From the NCBI GenBank assembly GCA_036172245.1, contig JAYWIR010000013.1, forward strand, positions 1,178,001-1,242,000: a stretch of 64,000 nucleotides of DNA, read 5' to 3'. The stretch comes from Raillietiella orientalis. Taxonomy: Eukaryota. Of this stretch, positions 1-12,384 are shown in pieces (the stretch's first letter is position 1; each line of letters opens with the position of its first letter). Made by a program: the position numbers and the translations under genes. The notes below the pieces were generated by a model. The model did not search any database. It was not told the DNA's origin and saw nothing but the letters and a program-made list of their open reading frames with translations.

Positions 1-765
1 TTAAGAAGAACAGCGGAAGAACACTGGAGGCAGCGGGTAGTGAGCTGACCATGTTGGCCTACCCAGCAGCCACCCCCTTCTCCATAGAGGTGTCCTCCGC
101 TATCGAGGTACATGGCACCTGCGTACTGGCGAAGTAGGAAGTTTCCTGCGAGATCTCGGCCCGCAAGAAGCATATCGGTGGCTGGACACCGCGTGAGCTG
201 GCTGATGAGGTAACAGCAAGAATCGTCTCCAAAGGACTGGAACATTGGGGCGAACAATTCTCCATTCAGCCCAAAAAGTTGGAAGTGATCTCATGTTTCT
301 AGACAGGAAGGTTCTTTCCCTCAAGTGACAGCAATCAGTGCTGCTGATACTGCACTGGAGTCTCTTGTTCAATGCGCGCCGGCACCACTGGACGAGGGGG
401 AGCGCATCGCCGAACTGTGTCAGGTGTGGAGAGAAGAAGACTTTCACCCACCTCATAGTGCAGTGTGTTGCCCTCGGGAACTGTGGGAACATTTCTCTGC
501 GTCCCTTCTGCAACCCGTTTACGATCCCAGAGACTCTTTGAGGTCCCTCTTCGTGCGGGATGCCATGACGCCCGCAGCCGCAGCGCTATGCTGCGTGCGC
601 GTCGTGGTAGTGGCGTGGTGCGACACCGAGAGACCGGAGCGATGGGGGGCTGTCCTGCATGCCATCCGCTTCCTGCAGATAGCCTTGAGGTGGCCGTACC
701 TGGAAAGGGAGAAGGAGCTCGCTGGCATCCTTCAACAGATACAGAGGCCTCACCACGAAATGTGA
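1..765 (+). pseudogene. Orphan ORF family 'Z', copy A (5' part frameshifted and cut by window edge; C-terminal 146 codons open)
   Basis: Translation gives K*EVSCEISARKKHIGGWTPRELADEVT, then DPRDSLRSLFVRDAMTPAAAALCCVRVVV...IALRWPYLEREKE. These blocks match other copies in the window (WESFCRMAGEEKLLDGCKTFELVDG; LRRFFTKGGLTAGAVIATVLR; AMRWHCL*EEE). No known family recognised. Confidence 0.55.
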
Positions 766-908
766 TCCCTTCTCTTCGCCCCAACTAATTTTTTTTTTTG
801 TGTGTGTTGCTTATTATAATTTGTTTTCATTTTCTATTTTTGTTTCATCCCCCTTCCCTTCGTGGACGTGATGGACCTCTCAGAACCCTCCTTCTTTCTG
901 GTGTAACC

Positions 909-1300
909 ATGGAATTGGTGGGCTATCGGCTCCATCGATCCTGTAAGAGAATAAACGCCCTGGCGCACCCGAGTGTGAAATCACAGCGCTCTTCCGGTGG
1001 AGAAGCGTCGCAGAAAGTCCAACACGGACTCCGGCAGTTGTCGGAGAGCCGGAGCGAGTCTTCACCACAAGTCCTCGAGGGCACTGCACTCCAGCAAAAG
1101 ATGCACCAGCGATTCCATTGCTCCGCTCCCGGAACAGATCGGGGAGGTAACGCTACCGCTCGGAGCACATGGGAAGTGCCTTGCTTCATCCCGGAGAGAC
1201 CTTGGAGCCGAGCTGCTGCACCCGCAACGAGCTTCCGCCTACCTTCCGCATTACTGTTGAAGAACCATCCTGGAAAGGTTCCTCAGAAGGCTCAGTGTTT
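909..1300 (+). pseudogene. Orphan ORF family Z, copy B (truncated)
   Basis: Follows copy A after a T-rich spacer. Contains STWEVPCFI, matching the WExxCxI/M motif of the other copies. Its leader ggacc...ccttcttt resembles the leader of copy C. Confidence 0.4.
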
Positions 1301-1589
1301 CCTTTTTTTTTTACTCCCGTACCATTTTCCCATCCCTGGGTTTGCACCCGGTCTCACGCCGGGACGTTCATTTAAAGAAAAATTTAACCGCAAATCAGAT
1401 GCAAGAGATGCCAGAAAAACAAGAATTTCATTGGGGATGACCTCCGGTACTCAGACCGGCTTCTAGGGGAGTCCGGAGCGGGAGGGAAGGGACAATAAAT
1501 AAATGGAAAAGGGCAGGAGAGGGAGTAAGGACAGGGGATCTTTGGTTTCAATCGTTCCTTTCTTCCTAGAAGCGACTGTGGATGCTGGA

Positions 1590-2684
1590 GATAGATCTCC
1601 TTGACGACTTCTTCTTCTTCTTACAGGCAATGCCACCTCATAGCCGTCCCCACCAAGGCGGCTGCCGTGCTGGTGGCCTCCCTTCGCTGCAAACGAGACT
1701 CCAGCGCGGAGCGGGCTGTCACCACGGAGTGAGTGCGGAGGACCGTTGCGATGACAGCGCCTGCCGTGAGCCCGCCTTTCGTGAAGAAGCGACGCAGTAA
1801 GTCCCAAGAGAGGTCCTCCGTGCTGGGGGAGCGCAAAGTTTGATTTCTGCCACACCGTCCTCCAGGGCTCTGTATTCCAACGAGAGGTGAGGGACGAGTC
1901 GGTTGCCCCGCACCCGGCACAGATCGGGAAGGCAACTCCCCCGGAAAACGGGTGCCAGCACTGACTCCATTGGAACCTCCGGTGCAAAAGCAGCGGAACG
2001 TCCTGTGGTTTCCACCGTAGGGTGCCTCCACACAGGAAGGGGGGGAGGGGAATACAAGTTCTCCGGGGGTCGCACAGAGCGGGTCGCTCCACCGAAGGAT
2101 CCCTTCGACCGGGAACGAGGAGTGGCGCCATCCACCAACTCGAACGTCTTGCAGCCGTCGAGAAGCTTCTCTTCTCCTGCCATTCTGCAGAACGACTCCC
2201 ATACCTCTGGCTGGTTGCCGTCATCGTTTGTCCTGAGGACAGACGGTGCTACAGCAAGGGGTGTGACGGCAATCCGGGACAACTGCGTCCAGTCCTGCGG
2301 CTTGCATAGCCATTTCTGCAGCGGGGGAAGTTCTTCTTGGAGCACTTCTAGAATGGCCATCCAGAGGTGCTGCAGACGGGCGCCATGGAGATGGCCAGAA
2401 CATCGGCGCCTCCTGCCGCCAAGCATCCCGGTGCTTGGGGCGGTAGGAGACCCAAGGCAAGGATTCATCCCTGGGCAATCTGCTAGAGAGCAGAAACGCT
2501 TCCTGGACTTGTGCAGGCGTAGTCGGGATTCGTGATCACACGACAAAGAAATGAATCCCTTTGACCGTTTTCTTATGAGGTGGATTTTACGACCCCGGAT
2601 TGATCTACGCGTCTCGGATGCCGGATCATCCGTTTCAAACACATAAATGACATTGCGGTCATGGACAAAGAAGGGCCGACTCAC
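1590..2684 (-). pseudogene. Orphan ORF family Z, copy C (near full length, frameshifted)
   Basis: Blocks SYRPKHRDAWRQEAP, LQEELPPLQKWLCKPQDWTQLSRIAV, VWESFCRMAGEEKLLDG, DLLRRFFTKGGLTAGAVIATVLR and AMRWHCL*EEEE, spread over ORFs 2221..2478, 1719..2684 and 1621..2202. Confidence 0.55.
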
Positions 2685-2959
2685 GGCGGTCCGAGCTCAA
2701 GGGGACTGCCCTCACATGGAAAAGAGGTAGGGAGCAGTAGAGGAAGAGGGTGGGGGAGAGGAGAATGAATAAATAAATAGGGAGTGGGATGGACCGGTCT
2801 CACGATGTTCCACTCAGTTCCCGAGGGTCTGATTCGCTCAGGGAAGGGGCGGAATGGTGCTGGAGTACTCTCGTCGCATTGGGGTCAGCCTGCCCTTTGA
2901 GTTTTCTAAGGCTGAAGCTGTCTAAGGCTCCCTCGTACCTCACTTCCTAGAATTGACCA

Positions 2960-3830
2960 TTCATTTCATCTCCTCCTTCTCATGTAGGAGGTGACGACAG
3001 CTGATCGTCTCTTTGGGATGTCGGCCATACCTTTCCTCCATCTTGACGGTCACCGTGGCTCGCATGTACGTAGCGGAGCACCGTCGGCGACGAGGCGACT
3101 GGTGAGCCCGGAGGCGCGGACATCCCTCGAAAGGGATCTTTTCGCTGGGGCGAGCTACTGAATGTTCTGTTGGAACAGCTGAATTGTCCCTTGGTGCTCA
3201 TGAGCACCCGCATCCTTCCCTTGAAGTGGCCTTGAGCGCTCGGGTTCTCTCCCCGCCGTGGTGCGGTGGCGTTCCTAGTTCCCGAGGAGACCCTTGCGCA
3301 CCAGCAAGATGACGGAGTAGTGGTATCCAAGTGGGAGGGAAGAGGTGCAAACCTGGAATACCGAGGTTATCCCGGGCAGTTCGAAGGATCCGGGACTCCA
3401 GGTGCGGATCTCTAGTGGGCCGGCTGCGCCGTCTCCCATCGAGTGATCGGCGGTCTCGGTGACCCCCGTGATCCGACAGGTCACCTCCCACATCGCAGGA
3501 GTGCCCACATGTCTTCTGCATCCCACCGATGCAGAAAGTGGCGCGTGGCCCTGGATGACCTCGCGGCGAGCCCCGGGAAGCGGGCAGCATCGCCGGCATT
3601 GATGGCGCTCCTGCAGGGAAGGGTCGGATCTTGCGGACTCCTCCTCCGCCTTCTTCGCCGCCAGGAGCGCCGTTTCTGTGGGACGTCCGCTACTGGCACG
3701 CCTCCGGCAGCGACGCAGCTGTGCTCAGCAAGCAGCACAGACTTTGCCTGAGGCTGCGTGAGTAAACCGAGGAAGTCCTTGACCGTTGTCCGCTGAACTC
3801 TCCAGGAGGACTCGCAGAGGGAGACACCGG
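2960..3830 (-). pseudogene. Orphan ORF family Z, copy D (tandem upstream of copy C)
   Basis: AMWEVTCRITG, IRTWSPGSFELP and DPFRGM..GLTSRLVA..TVLRYVHAS across three frames. Like copy C it is followed by a spacer containing aataaataaat on the + strand. Confidence 0.5.
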
Positions 3831-3875
3831 TGAGTGTTCTACGGCCTCATGGTTCCATGAGAGCCACCCTCCAGG

Positions 3876-4748
3876 ATGATCTCGTATCCCGAATTCATTA
3901 AAAGGGAAGATGGGTTCAAGTCTGCCTCCGAGCGATGGGACGACTGGGACGAAAGCTTGGGACGCTGGGAATGCGCTTCGCCCTGCATCCGGAGCGTCCT
4001 CGACTTCAGCCAAGCACTCTTCAAGCGGGAAGAAGGTATTCTTAGGGTGCCCTGGGCAAAAGGACTTGCATCGCTGAGCGGAGAAGCGGAGTACCAAGGA
4101 GTGCGTTGGCCCGCTCTCGGGACAGGACAAAAGTGCCGGCTCGTTCTTTTGCCCTCTCGAGGAAACCTCTCGAGGATTCCCCCTGACAGGCACCGTGGAA
4201 GGAAAGGGACGCTGGTCTCCTCATGCCTCCAGCGGCCCGCGTCTGCAGGGGACCTGGCCCGAGAGGGTGCCGCGGAAGCACAGCGGAACCGAAGCGCGAA
4301 GGGAGAGCAGGAATTTCCTCCTCGGGAGCGGCAGGAAAGACGGTGGTGCCAAGGTTCTCCGGGAACGCTGGCTCAGCGGATGGGAGAAAAGGCTGCGGAC
4401 CTGGAAGAAACGGGTTGCCTGACTCAGGGGGAATGTCCGAATTCTCCCTCCCTCCCCTCGGGTGAGTTCGAAGTTCGGGAGGCGCTATCGTCCGCTCACC
4501 TGCCGACCAGAACCCTCACGCCGGTTTGGAGTCACGCGTCTTGCAAATCGCCAGAAAACCCCCACCCGGAGAAGAGCAGGTGGCTCCGAATGCGACGTCG
4601 TGCCTTCTTCCGGGTTTCCCGCCTTCGCTTCCCTAGTCCAGCCGAGTCGTTTTTCCGGGGATCCGTGTACAGGGCACAAATCCTTCTGGAAATCCTTCTT
4701 TTCGGTCCTCGCAGTTCTTCGACACTGTTCCACGCCACCCGAGGGTGA
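3876..4748 (+). pseudogene. Orphan ORF 'Y' of the composite repeat (divergent from ORF-Z; coding status uncertain)
   Basis: 290-codon ORF. Nucleotide blocks tcttcgacaStgttccac..cacccgagggtg and catgcctccag recur in reverse complement at ~36860-37640. Confidence 0.35.
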
Positions 4749-4789
4749 GTAATTCTTCAAGATAAGGGGTACTCCGGGAAAGGTCCACC

Positions 4790-5474
4790 CTATGAATCCA
4801 GGAAGGACTCGGAGTCCTTTCCTCTCACGCCAGGAAAGGGACACCCCTGGAAAATAGGGGTGGATCAGACCTCCAACCTGGTTGTCTCCAAAGGGGAATC
4901 CTGAGGGGAATCTCCTTCCTTATTCTCTCCGAAGAGACTCTCGGAAGGGTCCGCTCCATTCTTTATTCTCTGAAGGGAACCCGGAAAGAATCTGATCCTG
5001 GAATTTCTTCTCGGGAGGGATCCCCCGCAAGGGACCCGCTCCTGTTTTACTCCTCTGAAGAGAACTCAGAAGGGACTCTTCCGAAATTCAGAAGGACGCA
5101 GCTTCCCCGAAGGGATCGGCTCGCTTCTCTGCATTCTCTGGAGAGGTGGTGGCGATACACCTACTCCATCAGTACGACGCGGAGGGTCCCTCCGGAATGG
5201 AGAGTCCGCTCCTTCACAACCGGAGGGGGAACTCCCCACTCCTTGATTCCTGGAAGGACCCGGAGGTCGACTTTTATTTGTCCCGACCCTCGTCGGCGGC
5301 ATCCGGTTTCAACCGCTACCAGTGTCGCACCCGGATGAATGGAGGCCAACCAGCGTCATCATGTGGGGTGAACTCGGATCCCAAGACGCACTGTGTCGAT
5401 TCCTTGGGAGTATTCGAACCCACGACGCACGGTGCCACGCCCGGAGACCACTGTAACCACAAGACCTCCAATGC
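4790..5474 (-). repeat. tRNA-headed repeat module, copy 1 (Pol III-like head plus ~40-bp degenerate tandem repeats)
   Basis: Minus strand from 5474 reads GCATTGGAGGTCTTGTGGTT...GCGTGGCACCGTGCGTCGTGGGTTCGAATAC (B-box-like). Body is collinear with 23303-23946, 30080-30520 and 36440-36850. Confidence 0.75.
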
Positions 5475-7181
5475 CTGGCGCCACCCTCGCACTTTTCCGA
5501 TCCACCCTCTGGCAGAAGAAGGCGGAACTTGCTCAGAGCGTGGGACGCCGCCGCCTTCCGGAAGCGGGACGGAGGCGAGTGGGAAATGTCAGCATCCCGG
5601 AGGGAGAGTGCGATCCGCCTGCCCCTCACTGAGGGACTTGGAGTGGCTTCTCGGAAAGCAACAGACCGGTTCCGGCAGTCCGTTGGAACCCTGAAGGAAT
5701 CGCAGGAAATCTCCAGAGATTGACACTTTTGTCCAGAAAGCCACCCATGGGCAAGGACGCGTCTCTTCGCCAGTGCTGCCCACACAAGAGTTCGATTTTT
5801 CCTTTTTTTTAAAAAAAGTCATTGAGGCGGCTGCCGGCGGGGGGAAGGGGGGGGGGGAAGCGAAGACCATGAATGGCAGTTCCTGCGCTCAAGCGATGCT
5901 GGAAGCTACTACCTCTTTCCACAGCTGCTGCAGCTTTGTGCGTAGCAGAGCAACGGCTTGATCGGGTGCTTCGACGCTCCCGTCGTTGAACGGAAACCTG
6001 GAAGCTTGGCAAGAAAAGTCACGTCGATCCCCACGTTTGGAATAAGGGCTCCGGCAGACACTCCAGTATTGGTTGCTGTCGTGATCTTTGTGACCCGAGA
6101 ACGGACCTTTTGAAGAGGGCAAACTCGATGTGGATGATGCTGGTGCAAACCCACGTCCTCGAAGCAGGAGGAAGGGAAGCACCAGGACAGGCATCTGGCC
6201 TGTGGAGTCGCAAGGCGAAGAGAGTCGGCTCTCAGCAAGCCAAGTCTTTCGGTGGCTCTGACGAGAAACACATTTTGGTGTCTTTCTCGCATCCGTGCAT
6301 CTCTTCCTGGTCCCCAAACTGCTGTCGGACCCACCCGCATCAGAACTGATTTTGCTTTCCCTTCACGGAAAGCAGCATGTCATCAGTTCAGTTGCAGCCC
6401 TGGTTAAACTTTCCCGTTTCCTCCTCCATCATCCGTACCGATGACGCCCTTGAATCTGCTTCTGTGGCTTCCCAATTTATGACACGGTTGAAGTGTTAAT
6501 CTAGATGCTGAAGCATGGTTTTTAGTTTCTCTCAGCCGACGCTATCTTCCCTTGAGTCTTCTTCCTGAGTAACAAATCAATAACGTTTCCCGCTCCCATC
6601 TCAGTTTTCCTCTACCCAGAAGTTTCAGACGTGCAAGACGGTTTGCAGTCTTAGTGGTCGTCTCCGTCCTCTCGCATTGCACCCCAAATTCTGGAGACGA
6701 AAGAAGCCCTTGAAGAGCTCCCGTCCCCGTGGGAACCAACGAAAGAAACGAAGAAACCTCCTTCCACAACTTGGACTGTAGCCTTCTATCTGTCTGCCAC
6801 CAGTATGAAAATGGAAATCGAAATTCTGACTCTGTCGTGACCGCCTTCGTTTCACTAGAAATCAAGAGCCTCCTCCAAACCGAGTCCCAAACTGAGACGG
6901 TTCCCCAACACAGGAATTTCGAACATGTAAAAGTTCCCACCTAGAGAAAATCAAAGCAAGAAAAGAAGGCGAGCGCTCATTAGGAGGAATGGGAAGAGAC
7001 TCTGGTCCCCTGACACGAGTGTCAGTGAATGAGGATGTCGATCTTCCAGAAAGAAGGATTCACGACAAAATGGCAGCAAATCTACATTCCCCATGCTATG
7101 GTCACGACCCTGGGTAATACAGGGAGCATTCATCTACGCAGTCATCGAAAAGATTGAGATGTGCACTCCGGCATCAATGAG

Positions 7182-8100
7182 TTTTTTTTTTTTTTTTATA
7201 GTTTCATTCCTCGTTCCGATTCTTGAAGGAATGTGATCACGCTCATTGCTTTTTCCTCCAAACTGATCGCTGATTCCAATTGTGCTCTCACCGCCATGAA
7301 GATGCGCCCATTCATAGAGAGCAGGAATGAATGGGAAACCTCGTTTGAAGTGTACTAGCTGCCCACTGCTCTCGCCGCATTCATTCCGCACCACGACTGT
7401 AAATTGCAAGGATACATTTTCCCCCTTCTCTTCAATCACACGTGGATGATCGGGGAGACCACTGCCTCCACACCCAATCAGTGTGCTGATTGATCGCGGC
7501 GTTTGATCCTCGAAATGCCTGCTCTTCAACCTGACCCCCCCGTCTCGGGGCAGCGCGAGGGACTGATTATCACCACATGCCCTCCCGCAAAACATTCATA
7601 GGGTTTACGAAAGGCGTAATCCATGAAGAAAAATACCATCCCAGTGTGCGGAGGGACTCCCGGAGTGCACCATCATCGGTAAGTGTAGTCTCTATTTGGC
7701 GGGTTGGAGGACTTTGCAGATTCTGGTTACGTCAGCATCGGACTGTAGCCCCTCTTTCCCCAAGAATTTAGACATCGAATGATCATTCGCAGCTGAAAAA
7801 TTAGTTGGTTTGTCCATTCTCACTTGTTCTACAATTTTCGGTCATCAGAGGGGAGTCGCAGAAGGATGACTTGCCAAACGAATTTCCTCCATCTTGACAA
7901 CCGAAAGCTAGAGCGAATTTCCTCCATTTTGATTGTGAAACCACAAGATGCGCAAGATGGGAGGCAACGTTGCTGCGACCTTCAGGTTGTGTACACGCCG
8001 ACTGCATGTACACAACCTGAGGGTCCTCTGTACTGCTCTTACGTATTTCGCGATTACTGACCTCCACCGACCATCAACAGACGAATCCATCAGAAATCTG
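7182..8100 (-). mobile_element. Possible decayed non-LTR retrotransposon 3' end (I/R1-like ORF2 C-terminus) with poly(A) tail
   Basis: Minus-strand frame ends ...KAMSVITFLQESERGMKL* and the stop runs straight into an A-tract (T run 7182-7197). Upstream PHTGMVFFFMDYAFRK loosely resembles the RLRTGH region. Very degenerate. Confidence 0.3.
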
Positions 8101-8199
8101 CATCCGCGGATCTGAAGGCTGGCCTTTCCATCCTAAGCGGCTCTCGTGGTCCTTGACGTCTGTGCTGCCAAGTGGTTTCCAGAGATGGTGTTAATCTGT

Positions 8200-9300
8200 G
8201 CTACTTTTTCTTCCTTTTTGAGAAAACTCGACTGCGAAAACTGAATCGTTTCCTGCAATTAAATTCACCGCATGCGCATACTCCTCCACTGCTAAATTTC
8301 TTTTCGGTCTCAAAAGTGGGCGATTATTCCGTAATTTGCATATTGCCGAGCCAAAGCCTGTCAGAACACATCCGCCAAATACTGCCTGGATGGGAGGTTG
8401 AGTCAGGTAAGCGCCTCCGGAGGAAATAAGCGAATAATTCGTCCGGAATGGAGAGTCTCGCTGCTTCGATGTATTTCGATATATCGATCTCCGGATGGGT
8501 GTAAATGTCCTCCAAACATCTCTGTGGGGATCAGTTGCCAGGCCACTCTGTACTGCACCATTTCCGAAAGCATTCTCACACAGAAAAAAACAGGAAAAAA
8601 AAAAAAAAGCGCTTTCGCCCGTGATGCCTGAGAGAACGCTTGCGAGAGAATGCTCCGTTTCTGTACAGGGTTTCGTGTTATTCAGAGATTAGAAGCTCGG
8701 GGACCGAGCGGCTCCATTCATTTATCGCATCTAAGATAATTACGATGGAATCGGAAGGATACTTTTCCCCCGCTCTTACCTGTTTCTTTGTTGCTAATGC
8801 GCAAGTGGAAATTCTCAGAGTTCCCGCTCCTGTGTGATCGAATAGTTTCTGGCTGTTCATGGCACTCACGGGTGTTCCGGAACGTTTTCCTCCGGGAGAT
8901 TTCTCGCGGTCTGTTTGCGGAGCAGCTCGGAAACGCCTCTCCACATCTCTTCAGCCAGGTGAGCGTCCATGGTTTGCTTTGTGCACGGTTTGCGGGACCG
9001 CAAGGCAGGGGAGAATCGAGGGCGTTGTGAAGAGGAAGGTGCTGGAATTGATTTCGGTTCCCGGAAGGAGGATCGCGTAAGTTCACGGAGGATGAACCCC
9101 CCTTTTCCCCTCCGTGTGGGTGTAGCCAAGAAAATTCCAAGCATTTGCAGCTCCCCCGGGATCGCCTTTGATAAAGACTGCAATTATCACCATGAAAACG
9201 GCTCTTCCTTCTTCGGAGCCGTCCGTAGCTGCTCACGTAGGGCACTTAGCACCGAGGGGTAGACCAGAGGAAGGGTGTGGGGATTCAAGGATTCGCCCCG
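8200..9300 (-). pseudogene. Decayed unidentified ORF, co-oriented with and downstream of the Maverick genes
   Basis: Protein-like segments in shifting frames: VYPSVLSALREQLRT, MDAHLAEEMWRGVSELLRKQ, SIVIILDAINEWSRSVPELL, EDIYTHPEIDISKYIEAARLSIPDELFAYFLRRRL. Confidence 0.3.
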
Positions 9301-10249
9301 CGGAGGGTGGGTCGGACGGGTGGGGGACGAACACACTTCAGTGCACGTCGCCTCACTGGGGGCACGGAGTGGCGTGCGCGGCCCGCCGAATGAAAAGGCG
9401 GAGGTGCGAGCGACGGTTGCAGGTGAGAGAAGCGTTTGGAAGGTCGCGTCCTCCTGCAGATCAGCGGGCAGCACAGCGAGCTGGAGGAGTGGCACTGCGT
9501 TGAGCCCTCTCACTTCGGAGGTGGTGCGAAGCAGCGGGAAGATCGATCTCGAGCACAGAAGCAGGCAGGGATCACGGTTTTTTGGGTGTGCTCGGTCGCC
9601 TCTCCTGGGCTTCTGCGAGGGCTTCTCGCATCAGAAGCGGACTTGGAGAGGAAAGGGAGAGGAGGACAGGGAAAAACCCTGGAGAATGAGGGTCGCGTTT
9701 TTGAGTGGGGAAATAAGGGGGTGAAGGAGGGGAGATCGTGAACTTTTGACTGAAGACCTCGGAGAGGGGGAGGACCTCGGGTTTGTTCTCGGAGATACAC
9801 AGATGTGTCTCCCAGCAATCGAGAGCGACGCAGGGACTCCCTCTGCTGCGTGGAGGGTTGACCTCATCGGCTGACCTCGCAAAAGGAGGGCTGTCCCCGA
9901 GTCCCGCTGGCCTCCCTCCTCTCCTTAGCGCTGTGCTCCCGCCCCTCTTTCCTTCCCTCCCATTCAAACAGGAATCTCCCCGACTTCCCGGCGGATTAGG
10001 GACTGTCCACCCTCGCAGACGATGGAGGCCGCTGCCGGAGGACTTTGGCGTGTCAGCCTCGAGGACGCGTCTCCCAGCCGCGGGATCTCCCCGAGACGAA
10101 GGCGGTGCAAAAGGTGACCTCCTTCGCCTGCTGTCCGTTTCGCTAAAGGGACGAAAGGCGCTCGTGGGCACGGGCACGGGAGGGATGGGAGCCGCAGGAG
10201 CACTTGTTCTTGCGCCGTGTGATGCCAAAGATCCCCCGGCAGATGGCAG

Positions 10250-10800
10250 AGTTACCCCTGTCCGGAGGGCTTCCGGAGGAGGATCTGCTCTTCCGGCATG
10301 CCCCCTCCACAGGGGCGGTACCGTAGAAAGCTGGATGGGAAGGAAGGGATGGCCCAGACTCCGCTGGCGAGGGGAGGTCCCAGGGCACCATAGGCGCGGG
10401 GGACGGCTCCGCAAGGAAGACCCGCGAGCGCGAAGCTCCCGGTACTGGGCCGGCCTATGTCCCCAAAGCTAACAGCTCTTGGGATGGAGAGCCTCCGGAA
10501 CGGATGTCCAAGCCGAGGCGGCGTGCTCAGTGATTCTTCGATGGGGGTAAGGGGGACGACCCCCTTGCACGAGGCGTTGCAGCCAATGTGGGGATCCCTA
10601 CCCTGGCCGCAGCAGTGGCAGCAGCTGAGGGCGATCGTGGCTCCAGGAGTCGCCCCGGTGCTATTTCTCTCGGAGAGTGCATGCTGCAACCCGTCGTACG
10701 GGTTGCAGCATCGCACGCTGCTCGGGGATCCCGGCAATCCAGGGCGGGAGGCAAGGGGTAGTCGAGTTGAACAGACCCTTCCGTTACCAACCGATTTTTG
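10250..10800 (+). pseudogene. Orphan ORF family Z, copy E
   Basis: AYVPKANSSWDGEPP matches SYRPKHRDAWRQEAP of copy C. LHEALQPMWGSLPWPQQWQQLRAIVAPGVAP matches LQEELPPLQKWLCKPQDWTQLSRIAVTPLAVAP. Confidence 0.6.
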
Positions 10801-11419
10801 AAGGTCACCTGGTTGGCCCCACCCCCACACGTCCCCTTCCCCTTCGAACCCGGAACCGGCAATCTTCCCACCCTTTTCCCCCCCCCCCCCCTCGCTGCTG
10901 CCTCGGAAACTGGGGCATCCCGGGAGTGAAGGAAGAGGGGGAAACTGAAAAAACGCGCGCGGATCCGGGGGTCGTTCCTCCTGCCGGTTGTCTAGGACAT
11001 GCGGCTGCGCCTCCTCCCTCCTTCCCCTGCCCCCGGGGAATCCAGAAGGTTTCCTGTGAGCTTCCTGATTGGCCAGCCACTCGCGGGGGTTCCCCCTGCC
11101 CGCCTTGGAGCTCTCGCACGCGTCTTCGGCCCATCCGCCTCCTCCCCGTCTGGGATAGTCCGCCGCTCCATTCACTCTCCTTCCGTTTCCGGTCTTTCGG
11201 GCCCGGGCCCACTTTCTCTTCATTCGGTAATGGAAGGCGGAGGAGGAGCGCGTAAGTGAAGGGCCCAGAGGAAGGGAGAGCACCCCTTCCCAGTTCCCCC
11301 GTTCCGTCCTTTCCCTAGCCGAAGCGCGGAGATGCATTCCATCCTGCCCTCAGTCGTGAGGTCACCCAGGAGACCCACGGAAGCCGGCTCGCTGCAGAGG
11401 GCTTCCTCTGATAGGCTTC

Positions 11420-12290
11420 CCCTGGGGGACTATATGCAGGAGAGAGACCTGCAGGGACTCCTTGAGCGCCCCGGGAGATCAGGGCAGGGAGGGGATGTCT
11501 GTCGGAGGTCCACCCGCTCGCACGCGCCCGAGGCGGGGGGAGAGATGTAGAGCGTGCCGCTACCGTCATGGCGTAGTCACGGGATGAATAATCGAACGAG
11601 GGACCCCAGCAGGTCGACGAGGCATGCGATTTGGCGTGGGCGCGCCGGCCGCGTCGCCCTTCATCACCAGGACGGGCCGCCTCCCGCTGCGGGGAGGGGA
11701 CCCCGCGCATCTCCTGCAACCAAGACGTCTCGTTAGGAGCGGCGGCAGCTCGGGTGCGACTTTTCAAGGCTGCCCGGAGAGCTCCCTCTGAGGGGAAAAA
11801 ACCAGGAAGCTCCTGCATACGAGGAAGAGGATCCCTCGGACACACAGGGCAGGAGGAGGGGGGGGACAGGGGGAATCGATCGGGAAGCACCTCCGGACCA
11901 CGCCACGCAGGGGAGTCGTTCCCCGTACAGGTCGAGCGAGGTTCCGCGCACGCGCGCTCCCCACTTTCCTCGTCAGAAGGACCCGCGGAGTCGAGGTGCG
12001 TCCCCTCCTTGCGTCCTCAGAGGGCCACCATGGCTGGAGCTCGGGCTCCTCCTTTCTCCTGTCCTTGAGCATCCTTAGGTGAGCTCGACTTCCTCCCTTT
12101 CCTTCCTGGGCGGGTCCTCGGGCGCGGCAGCCATCCTCGGCGGTTCACGGGAGGCTGAACCAACGCACGAGTGCGCAGTCTCTGAGGACTGTACCAACAG
12201 CAGCAGCATGCTTTGCCCATAAAGCCAGGGGGCGGTGACCATGCAAGAATCATCCAGGAATTGCTGGTTCCGCAGATGAAATGGTCTCCA
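11420..12290 (-). pseudogene. Maverick A32/FtsK-like DNA packaging ATPase remnant
   Basis: Walker-A-like CMVTAP/PPGFMGKA at ~12210-12245, then VVRRCFPIDSP..VRGILFLVC (LFT..SHH.N+SV+ region), PRQIACL and VDLRQTSP, in the order expected for Polinton ATPases. Confidence 0.45.
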
Positions 12291-12310
12291 GCACAACCGG
12301 TGCGTGCGTG

Positions 12311-12312
<2 letters not shown>

Positions 12313-12382
<70 letters not shown>
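12313..12382. repeat. (TG)35 microsatellite
   Basis: Directly visible; lies between the PolB and ATPase remnants. Confidence 0.97.

Positions 12383-12384
<2 letters not shown>

Noticed and set aside
4790..5300. Hepatitis delta-like sequence or ribozyme (purine/pyrimidine tract composition)
   Set aside because: No delta antigen ORF or ribozyme core found; resemblance is compositional only.
9572..11337. Long Arg/Gly/Pro-rich ORFs (280 and 361 aa) and similar ORFs across 29-38 kb
   Set aside because: Expected stop-poor frames of GC-rich DNA, overlapping on both strands with no motifs.
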